Positions 43,544-52,367 of a stretch of DNA of 64,000 bases are shown here, piece by piece; position 1 is the first letter of the stretch, and each line of letters opens with the position of its first letter. A model generated the notes under the pieces. That model ran no database searches. It was not told the DNA's origin and saw only the letters and a list, made by a program, of their open reading frames with translations. The stretch comes from Candidatus Poseidoniales archaeon (GTDB taxonomy: Archaea; Thermoplasmatota; Poseidoniia; Poseidoniales; Poseidoniaceae), in contig JAYNUQ010000005.1 of the NCBI GenBank assembly GCA_038116375.1, positions 14,036 through 78,035 of the forward strand, in the 5' to 3' direction. Both the position numbers and the translations under genes were made by a program.

Positions 43544-43726
43544 ATGCCTCGGCGAAAATACGGTCGCCTGAGAAAAACGGTAGAACAACCTCCCAAAGGA
43601 AACTGTTCACGTTGCCGTTCGGGAAAGCATTGTCCGATTGAAGGCCACCAGGGGAACATCGTCCATCCACATCGAGAATGGACGGGGCCGGAACGTGTTG
43701 CCAAACGAAAGAAACCCTCGTCGTGA
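43544..43726 (+). CDS. Small basic Cys/His protein (putative Zn-binding)
   Basis: CSRCRSGKHCPIEGH; TTGAAG 29 nt upstream; stop codon abuts the xerA stop. Confidence 0.6.
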   Translation: MPRRKYGRLRKTVEQPPKGNCSRCRSGKHCPIEGHQGNIVHPHREWTGPERVAKRKKPSS

Positions 43727-44812
43727 TCAAACGATACCGCGGGTGCTTGTTGACGGCGTTGTCTCCTCCACGGGCGCCTCTTCAATCGGCGTCTCGTTCA
43801 TGTCACGTCGCATCGATTGGGCCCGGTGATAGACCTCCCGCAGCGTTTGGTCTGAAATTTCGAGATAGACGCGGGTGGTGGCGATGGTAGCATGACCCAT
43901 GAGGCGCTGGATGGTCACCAAGTCTGCCCCACGCTCCAACAAGCCCGTAGCAAAGTTGTGGCGGAGCACGTGGGGTGTCAATTTGCCTTTGGGAAGTCCT
44001 GCTTCTTGACCCAGTGCATCCATCATACGTTGAACACCACGCGGTTGAAGCCGTCGTCCATGGCGGTTCACAAAACAGGCTTGTTCTTCGCTGGACGTCA
44101 GTCGGGTACGAATGGGCATCCATGCATGAAGTCGCTCGAGCGTGCGATCGGTAAACAACACCAGGCGATCTTTGTCGCCTTTGCCGCCAATGACGCGGGC
44201 CGAGCCATCATCAAAGTCGATGTTCTCAAGGTTCAATTCACACACTTCGCTGACCCTCAAACCCGTGTCAAGCATCATCGTCACGACCAGCGAAGCTACG
44301 GGGTCTTCACTCACTTCTGCTGTTTCAAGCACCGAGGTCAATTCTCTGCGAGTCAGTGTGCGAGGCAACCTCTTCCCCGTGCGGGCTCGCTGCAAATGGT
44401 CCGGCCAAAGAAGTCCAAGCCAGCGAATCAGATGTCGCGCCGCAGCCAGGCGGGCATTGTAGGTCGTTGGCCGGAGACCAGCAATCTCGTGAGCCCACAG
44501 GTCCAAGCGGCCCTTCATCGGTTCCATACGTTCGGCCAGTGCTTCGATGGTGATGTTTTCGTAGGCTTCCTCACTGAGGACGTCCTCACCAGGAAGCGTG
44601 GTTTCAATGAGGGGTTTCAATCCGTAGAAGTATGATTTTTGAGTGTTCTCAGATTTATTCTCGGTTTGCAGTTGGCGCTGATAGCACCCAAGCCAAGGAA
44701 GGTGCCGGAGGTGGGTCAGCCGAGCAGGAAGCGTGAGTTGCTCTTCAGACAAGCGCAGTTGGCTTGGCTTACGCGCCCGTGGTTGTGGCGTTCGCATCTC
44801 TCGTTCGTTCAT
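43727..44812 (-). CDS. xerA: Tyrosine recombinase XerA/XerC-like
   Basis: TGLRVSE, GKGDKDR, TPHVLRHNFAT, LMGH, TTRVY (full R-K-H-R-H-Y set). Confidence 0.9.
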   Translation of the reverse strand: MNEREMRTPQPRARKPSQLRLSEEQLTLPARLTHLRHLPWLGCYQRQLQTENKSENTQKSYFYGLKPLIETTLPGEDVLSEEAYENITIEALAERMEPMKGRLDLWAHEIAGLRPTTYNARLAAARHLIRWLGLLWPDHLQRARTGKRLPRTLTRRELTSVLETAEVSEDPVASLVVTMMLDTGLRVSEVCELNLENIDFDDGSARVIGGKGDKDRLVLFTDRTLERLHAWMPIRTRLTSSEEQACFVNRHGRRLQPRGVQRMMDALGQEAGLPKGKLTPHVLRHNFATGLLERGADLVTIQRLMGHATIATTRVYLEISDQTLREVYHRAQSMRRDMNETPIEEAPVEETTPSTSTRGIV

Positions 44813-44904
44813 TTGGCGTCACCGCCTCCCGCCGAAGCGGGCGTACATCCCATGTCCCGGAGGACAATTCGTAAACTGAGGCCGTGTTTATCAACTCATC
44901 GCTG

Positions 44905-44961
44905 CGATAAGAGATTGAGAAAGGGAAGGGACCTTTCCTGTGCCTTGGCACAAGAGAGGTC
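44905..44961 (-). terminator. Putative terminator downstream of MC1: hairpin plus pyrimidine tract
   Basis: Minus strand reads GACCTCTCTTGTGCC-AA-GGCACAGGAAAGGTC (44961-44930), then CCTTCCCTTTCTCAATCTCTT. Confidence 0.5.
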
Positions 44962-45007
44962 GTTGTACAGCTCAGAGAGCTGGAAGAAGGTCAGCAGCAG
45001 GCTGCAC

Positions 45008-45274
45008 TCAAAGGTGCTCGATGCCTTGCTTCTTGACGTTGGCCTTCTTGATCATATCTGGCAACCAGTCAGGTCCGCCAGCAGGCTTTGGGACCATCGA
45101 GATGCTGCCCGTGAAGACGTGGACACGCTTGGTGCCGCGCTCTCGTAGGCGGATGGTCTCATGTCCGCGGGTTGCGGCCTTCAAGGCTGCACCGCGTGGT
45201 TGCTTGCTCGCAAATACCTGGCTCGTGTCTTTTCCGTTCTCCATGAGAACGAAGTATTTTTTTCCGTCTGACAT
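45008..45274 (-). CDS. mc1: Non-histone chromosomal protein MC1
   Basis: YFVL, VF..KQPRGAALKAATRG, IRLRERGTKRVHVFTG, PDWLP..I.KANVKK.G. TTATAT box and GGAGG SD upstream of ATG 45274. Confidence 0.93.
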   Translation of the reverse strand: MSDGKKYFVLMENGKDTSQVFASKQPRGAALKAATRGHETIRLRERGTKRVHVFTGSISMVPKPAGGPDWLPDMIKKANVKKQGIEHL

Positions 45275-45416
45275 TTGGATTTCCTCCGATTTGGCCTTGT
45301 ACCGTTGAGCATATAATGATTTCCCCGAAAAAAGGGTGTACTGCTCTACATATGGCGCCCAGTACCCCATTCCGAAGCCGTTTTTTTCCCGTTCTGCGTT
45401 CAGTACAACGGTTTCA

Positions 45417-45659
45417 TCAGTCATCGGTGAGGTCTGCTCCAGCGAGGGTCTTGGTGTTCACGACCCCTTCAACCGAACGTATGTGCTCGACCACGGCTTT
45501 AGCGATGGTAGCGAGGTCGGCAGCCTCCAGTTTCACAATGAGGTCGTGATCACCGAAAAGAACGGTGGCGTCTGTTACGTGCGGTAGCGTTTTGACGCCG
45601 TTGTAGACTTCTTGTTCCATCCCCGGTTGGACGTTGATGAGGACGTATCCAATTGCCAT
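45417..45659 (-). CDS. Stand-alone Lrp/AsnC ligand-binding (RAM) domain protein
   Basis: GYVLINV.PG.E..V, LFGDHDLIVK, IRSVEGV..T.TL; no HTH. Confidence 0.9.
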   Translation of the reverse strand: MAIGYVLINVQPGMEQEVYNGVKTLPHVTDATVLFGDHDLIVKLEAADLATIAKAVVEHIRSVEGVVNTKTLAGADLTDD

Positions 45660-45692
45660 GTTGCTCACTTCCATTCACAAGATGCCAGCACA

Positions 45693-48600
45693 TCACCCTT
45701 CCGCTTGAACTTCGCTGGATGCTAAGGTGGCTTTTGATTCCTCCACATAGGTGCGCCACTGCTCTTCGGTCCACCCCTCAGGAAGCGGCCCATCAAGCCA
45801 GGAGGTGTAGTCATCAAGCGACCAACCTTCCGGGACGATATCGTGTGACTCTGGAGTGACGCTCTCGCTCAACACGCCTTCCTCTTGGTCGCGTTCAAAC
45901 AGTTCTTCGGTATTGGCGTATGGCTCAAATTCATCAGAGGCCCACTTCAGGTCATCGGTCGGACCACGACGACGGAGCACCAGCAACCCTGAGGTGATGG
46001 CGATGGCCACAACCGCAACAATCAGCAACAGCAGAGGGGTGTTGTTGGCATCGAGATCGTTAGAAGGGGTTTGCTCCTCCCCCTGCTTGTCGGTGCAGTT
46101 TTGACACGGCGTAGCGGACATGACTCCAATGCTGGCGTTTGAGGAGAAGGATTGCTGAAGGTTATCCATGCAGTTGATGTTCGCCGAGAGCGTGGTGTTC
46201 GCTACGGCCACCGTCAGAGGATAACGGTAACTCAGTGTGTTCGAAAAGACGCCTTCGGGCCCTGCCGTAACCACGGATTGTGTAAGCAGGGCATCGTCTT
46301 GACCGTAAAGGCTGAACGCACAGACCACCCTGTCCAGGCCGTCCAAGTCGGAAACGGTTACGTTTGTGTAGAGGTCCGAGCCGGGGATTGCCTCGGAAAA
46401 TTCAACGCCTTCAATGACGGTGGGGGCGTGTTGGAACACCAAGTCCATGCCCTGAGATTTCACCAAACCGTCGATGTTACTGGTGGAGAACACCACGCGT
46501 CCCTCCCCGTCCACCAAGGAGTTGTCAAGTTTCAGTCGGAAATACATCACGGTCGCATCTTCCGTCATCAATTCGCTGATGTCGCAAGCAAGAGGAGGTT
46601 CACCTTCCCCCCACACGGGAGCCTCCATGCTTGGGGCGTTGATGGCCCAGCCAGACTGTGCGAGTTGTACGGCGGATGATTGGATCGGGCGTTCACTGGC
46701 CAAGACAACCACGAGCGTTGCGGTTTGACCAAAGGTCATGTTTCGCACAACGCCTGTGGCATCACACGCCTCGAACAGCAACAATTCTGGAGGCGTGAGA
46801 AGAAACGGCACGTTGAGCTGCTCGGTCGCCGTCGCACCGTGTTGGCCACGGCCGCTGGCCACGAGTTGCAATTCACCTGCTTCCAGCGGAATCAACATCT
46901 GCTCGAGCACGAGTACGGTATCGTTACCGTCTCCCGAAATATCCAGCGGCAGTTCGATGGGTTCGCCTCCGGGCCAGTGGATGGTTAAATCGCCCACAAA
47001 GGAGGTTGCAGGGTCGTCCACATCGCTGACCCGAATACGGACCTGCTCGTTTCCATCGCCCACCACGCGGTCAAGTTGTTCGCTCAACGTAGATTCAACG
47101 AAGAGCGAGAGTTCCGGTGGTTTGTCATCAATCCTCAGCGTGCGCTGGAGGAGCAAGGAACCTGCACCGGTGCGTACTTCAAGGTCAACATCGCCAAGTT
47201 CACTTCCAATCTCGAGACTGAGGTCGGTGGTGTAACAGTAGAGGTTGGCCGCCGACTGAGGCACATAACTGACGTTTCCAAGCGTTCCCCGAGAGGAATA
47301 AAACACGGGCGAAGGCGTGGTAAGGTCGTAATCTGTGTCCATTACGCAGGCCGTGAGTTGACTGGTCTGATGACGGAACAAGCCCACCGGGGGGCGGTTC
47401 GGGAGCATCGAAGCGTTGTTCCAATCGGCGGGGTCCACGCCAGAAGCGTGCGGCCCGAACCATGTCGGTGGTGCGTCCACCACTTGCGTGACGTTCTCCA
47501 CCACCATGATGGCCCTCATGCTGTTGTTATCGGAAACCGTAGCCCGTAAGGCAACTGCGCCCAGCGATGCGTTTGCAGGAATCACCAGGGCCGTTTCCCA
47601 AACGGTGGGGCTGATCTTGCCCATGAACAACACCGTCCAATCGCTTTCATTGATGCTCTGATTTTCACCGAGAATTTGCCACCCGAGCGTGGCGTTGACC
47701 ACGTCTCGGTCGTCGGTGGCTTCAACCGAACAAATGGTGTATTCTCCTCGGGACAACAAGGCAGCGCTGCAGTACACGTCTTCGATGCTCGGAGGGGCGT
47801 TGACCACCACCGAAAAAGCGAGCAGGTTGTTTCCAAAATTACGTTCTGGGCTCGCGTTGGTGTAGCGTATTCGAAGGTCAAGCAATCCGTCCGTGACGGG
47901 CACCATGGTGAGGTTCACCGTCGTCCGGCTCCCTGCGGCATCGCCTGCAGGCAGGCTCAGCAGACTCTGGTTGAGAATCGTGTTTCCAAGCACGGTTCGA
48001 ATCTCAAGCGTTCCGTTTGATGTGGCCATCCCAAGGTTCTCCACGAGGACTTCAACGTTGACGACCTCACCTTGATTGACATCACCCACGGTACGAACGC
48101 CGACGATGTTGATGTCGTGAAGGACATCGGTATAGGGCGCCATTTTCGGGTCACCGACCACCACGCCCATCCAACTCGCATAACGGTTGGCTGCTGCATG
48201 GCTCTCGGCGAGGTTGTAACCCGAGGCGTAGGTGGGAAGGAAGGTACTCGGTAAGCCGACCGCCGTCAAATAGGGTTCGTAGACGTACCCTTTCACGCCA
48301 GAAGCGCCGTCTTCGAGGAGGTCAGCGATGAGCGATTGTCCATAACTCGTACCCCAATTAAACGAGCGTCCACCGGTGGAGACGGCCGTGTCGGCAATGG
48401 AACCGTTCACCCAATCCATGTGCGGGCGAATTGCTCTGAGAACGAAGGAATCGATGAACAACGAACCGACCGTGGACGTTGAATCAATGTCGAGGCTCAC
48501 CCGAATGGTCATTTCGGTGGCGTCTGGATGGGGTCGCATTCGCATCGTCTGCGAACCCCAGTTGGACGTGAAGGTCTTTGCATTCGAGGTGTTGCTTGAG

Positions 48601-50984
48601 AGAACGCTTCCCGATGCGTCGGTCCCTTCAACCGTCATTCGGAACGCGCCGTTGACCTCTCCCTCGCTCGCCCCGTAAACATAGATGTTCCATGCGTGCC
48701 CCATGAGTTCGTTTGGAATTGCATAGGTGGTCTCAAGCGAGGCAACGTTGCTGCCTGCGCCCGAATAGGTCGTACAGTTGTCGATGATGGTACGACGAAG
48801 GGCGGTGACATCATCGTCATCCAAAGCGATGTCCCACACCATGACTTCATCGATCATGCCCTCAAAGTAAGCATTCCCAGCACGGTTTACGCCCAGCTTG
48901 TAGAGGTCGATGTTGTTGAACGACCCGTTCGGATAGACGTTGGTGTTCACCAGAACGCCGTCCATGTACTGCCGAATATCACCGTCGTCAAACACGGTCA
49001 CGAGGTGCGTCCACCGCTGCGCGACCACATCGCCAAAGACGCTTGTCTGATTGTTGTGCAATCGCCATTTACTGCTTGAAACCATGTGTTGGAACGACAG
49101 ATTCGAGCCTGCCTGGTCGTCCACTGCAAAGGTAGACGCATAGGTGGTTTGGGCCGTGGTGTTGGCCCAGACCCACTGACTGACCGTCATGTTTCCGTAC
49201 CAGTCATCGACGTTCACCTTGGCCACATCGTCGCTACCATCGTACCACAAGCACGTGCCGTCGGGGCATGTTCTCCAGTTGGAATTGTCCATTCCCGTAA
49301 GGGTCATGTTCGCGGTATCCGAACCGTTGTCAGCAGCGATGGCTCCCGTTCCCTCTTCGAAGGCCCAATGATGAACGAGATGCGTCGGCTCGGGGGCGGT
49401 GTCGGTGGCCACGTAGAACGCTGATGCGGGAATTGCCGCCTTGCTCGTGTTTGGCCCCTGCCACGAGAAAATGAGGCCGTGAGGGCCGCCACCTTGGAAG
49501 AATTCAATCCGGAATTCATGCAATCCTTCGCTGAGGTTCAGCCAACCCGAACGTTCTCGCATGCCGTGCATCCCGTAATTCTTGGCGACGGAGGCTCCGT
49601 TCACCCACAATTCTGAACCGTCGTCGGAATTGATGAAGAAGGTCCAGTTTCCAGCATGAGGAACATCGATGAGTCCACTGAATCGGGCGCCCCAATGCTG
49701 CTTGAATCGGTCGTCAAGGCCCGGATAGGCGTTGTTGGACGCTCCTCGATTCAGGTGGGGTTCAACCTGAATTCTGTCTGGCTGGCGGTCGATAAGGGAC
49801 GGCATGGTTGAGGAACTAAAACTCACGCCGTCGTTGTCAAAGTATTCGCCGTAAATGCCCTGCATGCCCTTGGCGCCGTCCTGGTCACAGTCGGTGCGTA
49901 AAGCAGCTTCAAAAGCGCCGTTTCCACCCTGTTTCGTATCGGTTTGGTACGACCAGTTGAACCCGTCCTCCGGTGCAATCGTAGGAGAGGTGTGCGTCCA
50001 GTAGCGAGAACCGCTCTGCCACGCGCTGTCCAAAGTATCAAACCCGCTGTTGGGGAGGTAGTTCTTGTTCCAATTTCCGTCGTTGCTTCCCCATGATGCA
50101 TACCCCATGACGTTGGAAACGTTGGTGAGGAATTCCGTCTCTTCGTCAAAATACACGGGCAGGCCCATGCTGGCGTTGAGCGTGGTGTTGGCCGTGTAGA
50201 GGTCGTCGTTCCAAAACTTGTAACCCGAACTGTTTCGATTGGTGGCCAAATCCAGAACAAAGGTTCCACGCTGCCCCAAACTTTGGTTCGCCCGTTCAAT
50301 CAACTCCAAGGCGGTGTCAACGGTGTACCCCGTCAAGCGAGTGACGAGAAAGAACCCGTATTTTCCCCTCGTGAAGGGCTCCATCGGTTTTCCAGCAAGC
50401 GGGCCGTAGTCGTGAGTGATCCAGTAATTTCCTCCGATGGAGCTGTTGTAGGCGCCTCCGAGCAGCGACAATTCTTGGTCAAAACTGGCTTTGTCGTTTC
50501 CGCCCGATACACGCAACGGTATCCCTTTTGTGGTCACGAGGTAATTCAGTCCGTTCACCGAGGTTCGGTTCTGCAACATCTCGAGGAAGGGCGTTGCGAA
50601 GTAGGTATTGAATTGATTTCGATTGATGGTCTCGCCTGTTGGCGTGCCGGTCATGTTGAACAGGAACACGCGGTCGAGCGAAATGTTTCGAGCAGCGACG
50701 AAGGCCCAACCGATGGTCCTGCTCTCTTCTGAAAGGTTGTTGATGAGTACGCCGACGTCGCTGTAATCGATCACGCTGTCATAGGAAAATCCCTGCGGTA
50801 CGGCCATGCTCTGCCAGGGTGTTTGGTTCCAAACATCTTCCTGTCCGCCAACAAGGAAGCCAGAGAAGAGCTCTTCGCTCAGTTTGACCTGCTCATCCTC
50901 TGCCGAGGATGCTGCTGGTGAGTAGTGAAGAAGCGAGAGGAAGAACATGACCACGAAAGCGATGCTGGTCGCCTTCGTGGACAT
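45693..50984 (-). CDS. Large membrane-anchored TIGR03790-like protein with PA14, LamG-like, CARDB and Ig-like domains
   Basis: YLVTTKGIPLRV, LVTRLTG, SWGSND...STGGRSF, GVKGYVYEPYL, GYNLAES, VVGDP. PA14: SDDGSELWVNG. LamG: WTHLVTVFD, FEGMIDEVMVW. Confidence 0.85.
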   Translation of the reverse strand: MSTKATSIAFVVMFFLSLLHYSPAASSAEDEQVKLSEELFSGFLVGGQEDVWNQTPWQSMAVPQGFSYDSVIDYSDVGVLINNLSEESRTIGWAFVAARNISLDRVFLFNMTGTPTGETINRNQFNTYFATPFLEMLQNRTSVNGLNYLVTTKGIPLRVSGGNDKASFDQELSLLGGAYNSSIGGNYWITHDYGPLAGKPMEPFTRGKYGFFLVTRLTGYTVDTALELIERANQSLGQRGTFVLDLATNRNSSGYKFWNDDLYTANTTLNASMGLPVYFDEETEFLTNVSNVMGYASWGSNDGNWNKNYLPNSGFDTLDSAWQSGSRYWTHTSPTIAPEDGFNWSYQTDTKQGGNGAFEAALRTDCDQDGAKGMQGIYGEYFDNDGVSFSSSTMPSLIDRQPDRIQVEPHLNRGASNNAYPGLDDRFKQHWGARFSGLIDVPHAGNWTFFINSDDGSELWVNGASVAKNYGMHGMRERSGWLNLSEGLHEFRIEFFQGGGPHGLIFSWQGPNTSKAAIPASAFYVATDTAPEPTHLVHHWAFEEGTGAIAADNGSDTANMTLTGMDNSNWRTCPDGTCLWYDGSDDVAKVNVDDWYGNMTVSQWVWANTTAQTTYASTFAVDDQAGSNLSFQHMVSSSKWRLHNNQTSVFGDVVAQRWTHLVTVFDDGDIRQYMDGVLVNTNVYPNGSFNNIDLYKLGVNRAGNAYFEGMIDEVMVWDIALDDDDVTALRRTIIDNCTTYSGAGSNVASLETTYAIPNELMGHAWNIYVYGASEGEVNGAFRMTVEGTDASGSVLSSNTSNAKTFTSNWGSQTMRMRPHPDATEMTIRVSLDIDSTSTVGSLFIDSFVLRAIRPHMDWVNGSIADTAVSTGGRSFNWGTSYGQSLIADLLEDGASGVKGYVYEPYLTAVGLPSTFLPTYASGYNLAESHAAANRYASWMGVVVGDPKMAPYTDVLHDINIVGVRTVGDVNQGEVVNVEVLVENLGMATSNGTLEIRTVLGNTILNQSLLSLPAGDAAGSRTTVNLTMVPVTDGLLDLRIRYTNASPERNFGNNLLAFSVVVNAPPSIEDVYCSAALLSRGEYTICSVEATDDRDVVNATLGWQILGENQSINESDWTVLFMGKISPTVWETALVIPANASLGAVALRATVSDNNSMRAIMVVENVTQVVDAPPTWFGPHASGVDPADWNNASMLPNRPPVGLFRHQTSQLTACVMDTDYDLTTPSPVFYSSRGTLGNVSYVPQSAANLYCYTTDLSLEIGSELGDVDLEVRTGAGSLLLQRTLRIDDKPPELSLFVESTLSEQLDRVVGDGNEQVRIRVSDVDDPATSFVGDLTIHWPGGEPIELPLDISGDGNDTVLVLEQMLIPLEAGELQLVASGRGQHGATATEQLNVPFLLTPPELLLFEACDATGVVRNMTFGQTATLVVVLASERPIQSSAVQLAQSGWAINAPSMEAPVWGEGEPPLACDISELMTEDATVMYFRLKLDNSLVDGEGRVVFSTSNIDGLVKSQGMDLVFQHAPTVIEGVEFSEAIPGSDLYTNVTVSDLDGLDRVVCAFSLYGQDDALLTQSVVTAGPEGVFSNTLSYRYPLTVAVANTTLSANINCMDNLQQSFSSNASIGVMSATPCQNCTDKQGEEQTPSNDLDANNTPLLLLIVAVVAIAITSGLLVLRRRGPTDDLKWASDEFEPYANTEELFERDQEEGVLSESVTPESHDIVPEGWSLDDYTSWLDGPLPEGWTEEQWRTYVEESKATLASSEVQAEG

Positions 50985-51124
50985 GGCCGATGCAGCGCTG
51001 CAGCCGATTTAGCCGTATCGCTCTCGCGAACGAAGGCCATGATGAAGGCTGAAGCACGAAACATTGACCGGTTTCATTGAAATTTGGCGCAGATAATATG
51101 TAGGGTCGCCTTCTCTTAGAACCG

Positions 51125-51763
51125 ATGGCCGAACTTTACATGGCACGGACCTGCAAGCACGGCGTCCTTCGCGTCATGGGCGGTGATGTATGGAACCACA
51201 GCGGTGACGTGCTCATCACGCCTGCAAACAATCGCCTCTCCGGTCGAGAGGGCCTTGACGCGATGATTCACCAAAAAGCGGGGAAAGAATTGACTCAGGT
51301 CACGCGCAACATATGTCTTGACATGCGGAAAATCAACGCTCCACCGTGCGCCGTTACTCAAAACGTCATCACCGAACCGTTCGCCCTTGCTGAACAATAC
51401 AAGCACATCATCCACGCCGTCGGACCGGACTGCCGCCGCCCCAACCAGGACGAAGCACGTCGGGAATTGTTGGCCGAAACCTACGCCAATCTGTTCGCCA
51501 CCATTGAGGAAATGGGCGACATCACCTCGGTGGTTTCCCCTCCCCTCTCAATGGGTGTTTTCGCCTACCCTCATCGAGAAGGCGCCCGATTGACCTTGCA
51601 GGTGCTTTTGGAAATGTTGGACGGCGAGAAGGATTTCGGCATCAGGAACTACACCATTGTGGTGAAGGAGAAGAACTTCATCAGCAACATGCGAACCGTC
51701 TACCGAGAAGGAGAAGACCAGTTCCCCGGCGTTGACACCACGATGCAAGACTCAGGTCGCTAA
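51125..51763 (+). CDS. Macro domain protein (ADP-ribose binding/hydrolase fold)
   Basis: GD start, PANNRL..G.G.D..IH..AG, IIHAVGP, PPLSMGVFAYP. Confidence 0.88.
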   Translation: MAELYMARTCKHGVLRVMGGDVWNHSGDVLITPANNRLSGREGLDAMIHQKAGKELTQVTRNICLDMRKINAPPCAVTQNVITEPFALAEQYKHIIHAVGPDCRRPNQDEARRELLAETYANLFATIEEMGDITSVVSPPLSMGVFAYPHREGARLTLQVLLEMLDGEKDFGIRNYTIVVKEKNFISNMRTVYREGEDQFPGVDTTMQDSGR

Positions 51764-52336
51764 TCGGTCGTTGATGCGGTCGAGTCGTTCGTCGAGCGAC
51801 GCCCGTTCATCGGTAACCTTCTCGAGCGATGCACTTTCCAAATTTCGTTCAACGGACGTCCTCAACCGTTTGATTTCGTTGACGCGTTGCGTTCGGTCCT
51901 TGGGACGGTTCACGGCACTGCGCATGCTCATCAGCCATTCCTCAAGCAGGGCAGCCCCCCATTCGGGTACGCGTAATTCGCTGGAGAGGTAGATGCTTTG
52001 CCGGCGATGCTGAAACCGTGTTTTTCCTTCGCTGGTTCGTAGCCCCTGAATGGATCCAGGGTTCCATGTTTCAAGGGGAACATGAAGGTGCTGCTGAATG
52101 TTCAATTTCCCATCGCTGTCCAACAAAAAATCAGCGATGAGAACGCTGGAGGACAGACGAATGAGCACCTGAACGATTTCGTCGTGATTGGCCCACTCCG
52201 AGACACGCACGGGGCGCTCGCCCCATGTCTCTTCACACCAGACTTCAATCGCCATTTGGTGGGGGTGCATGGCAGTCCACCGATGACAACCCATCATCAA
52301 GTTTTGTCCATCCAAGCACCGTTGGAGGCATATCAA
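51752..52336 (-). CDS. Hypothetical protein with C-terminal coiled coil (true start probably near 52250-52270)
   Basis: ORF between the macro and S2P genes; heptad-like tail. Confidence 0.65.
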   Translation of the reverse strand: MICLQRCLDGQNLMMGCHRWTAMHPHQMAIEVWCEETWGERPVRVSEWANHDEIVQVLIRLSSSVLIADFLLDSDGKLNIQQHLHVPLETWNPGSIQGLRTSEGKTRFQHRRQSIYLSSELRVPEWGAALLEEWLMSMRSAVNRPKDRTQRVNEIKRLRTSVERNLESASLEKVTDERASLDERLDRINDRLAT

Positions 52337-52367
52337 CGTTCAAGACACAACAGGTCGTGGCTGGGGC

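Noticed and set aside
43727..44812. Tyrosine recombinase as the integrase of a provirus or island
   Set aside because: It has Xer-like motifs and housekeeping neighbours, with no att repeats, viral genes or compositional shift. The only tRNA is about 15 kb away.
44813..45007. dif site next to xerA
   Set aside because: I found no 11-6-11 inverted repeat with a TAA-N6-TTA core by eye. TTATC...GATAA has the wrong spacing.
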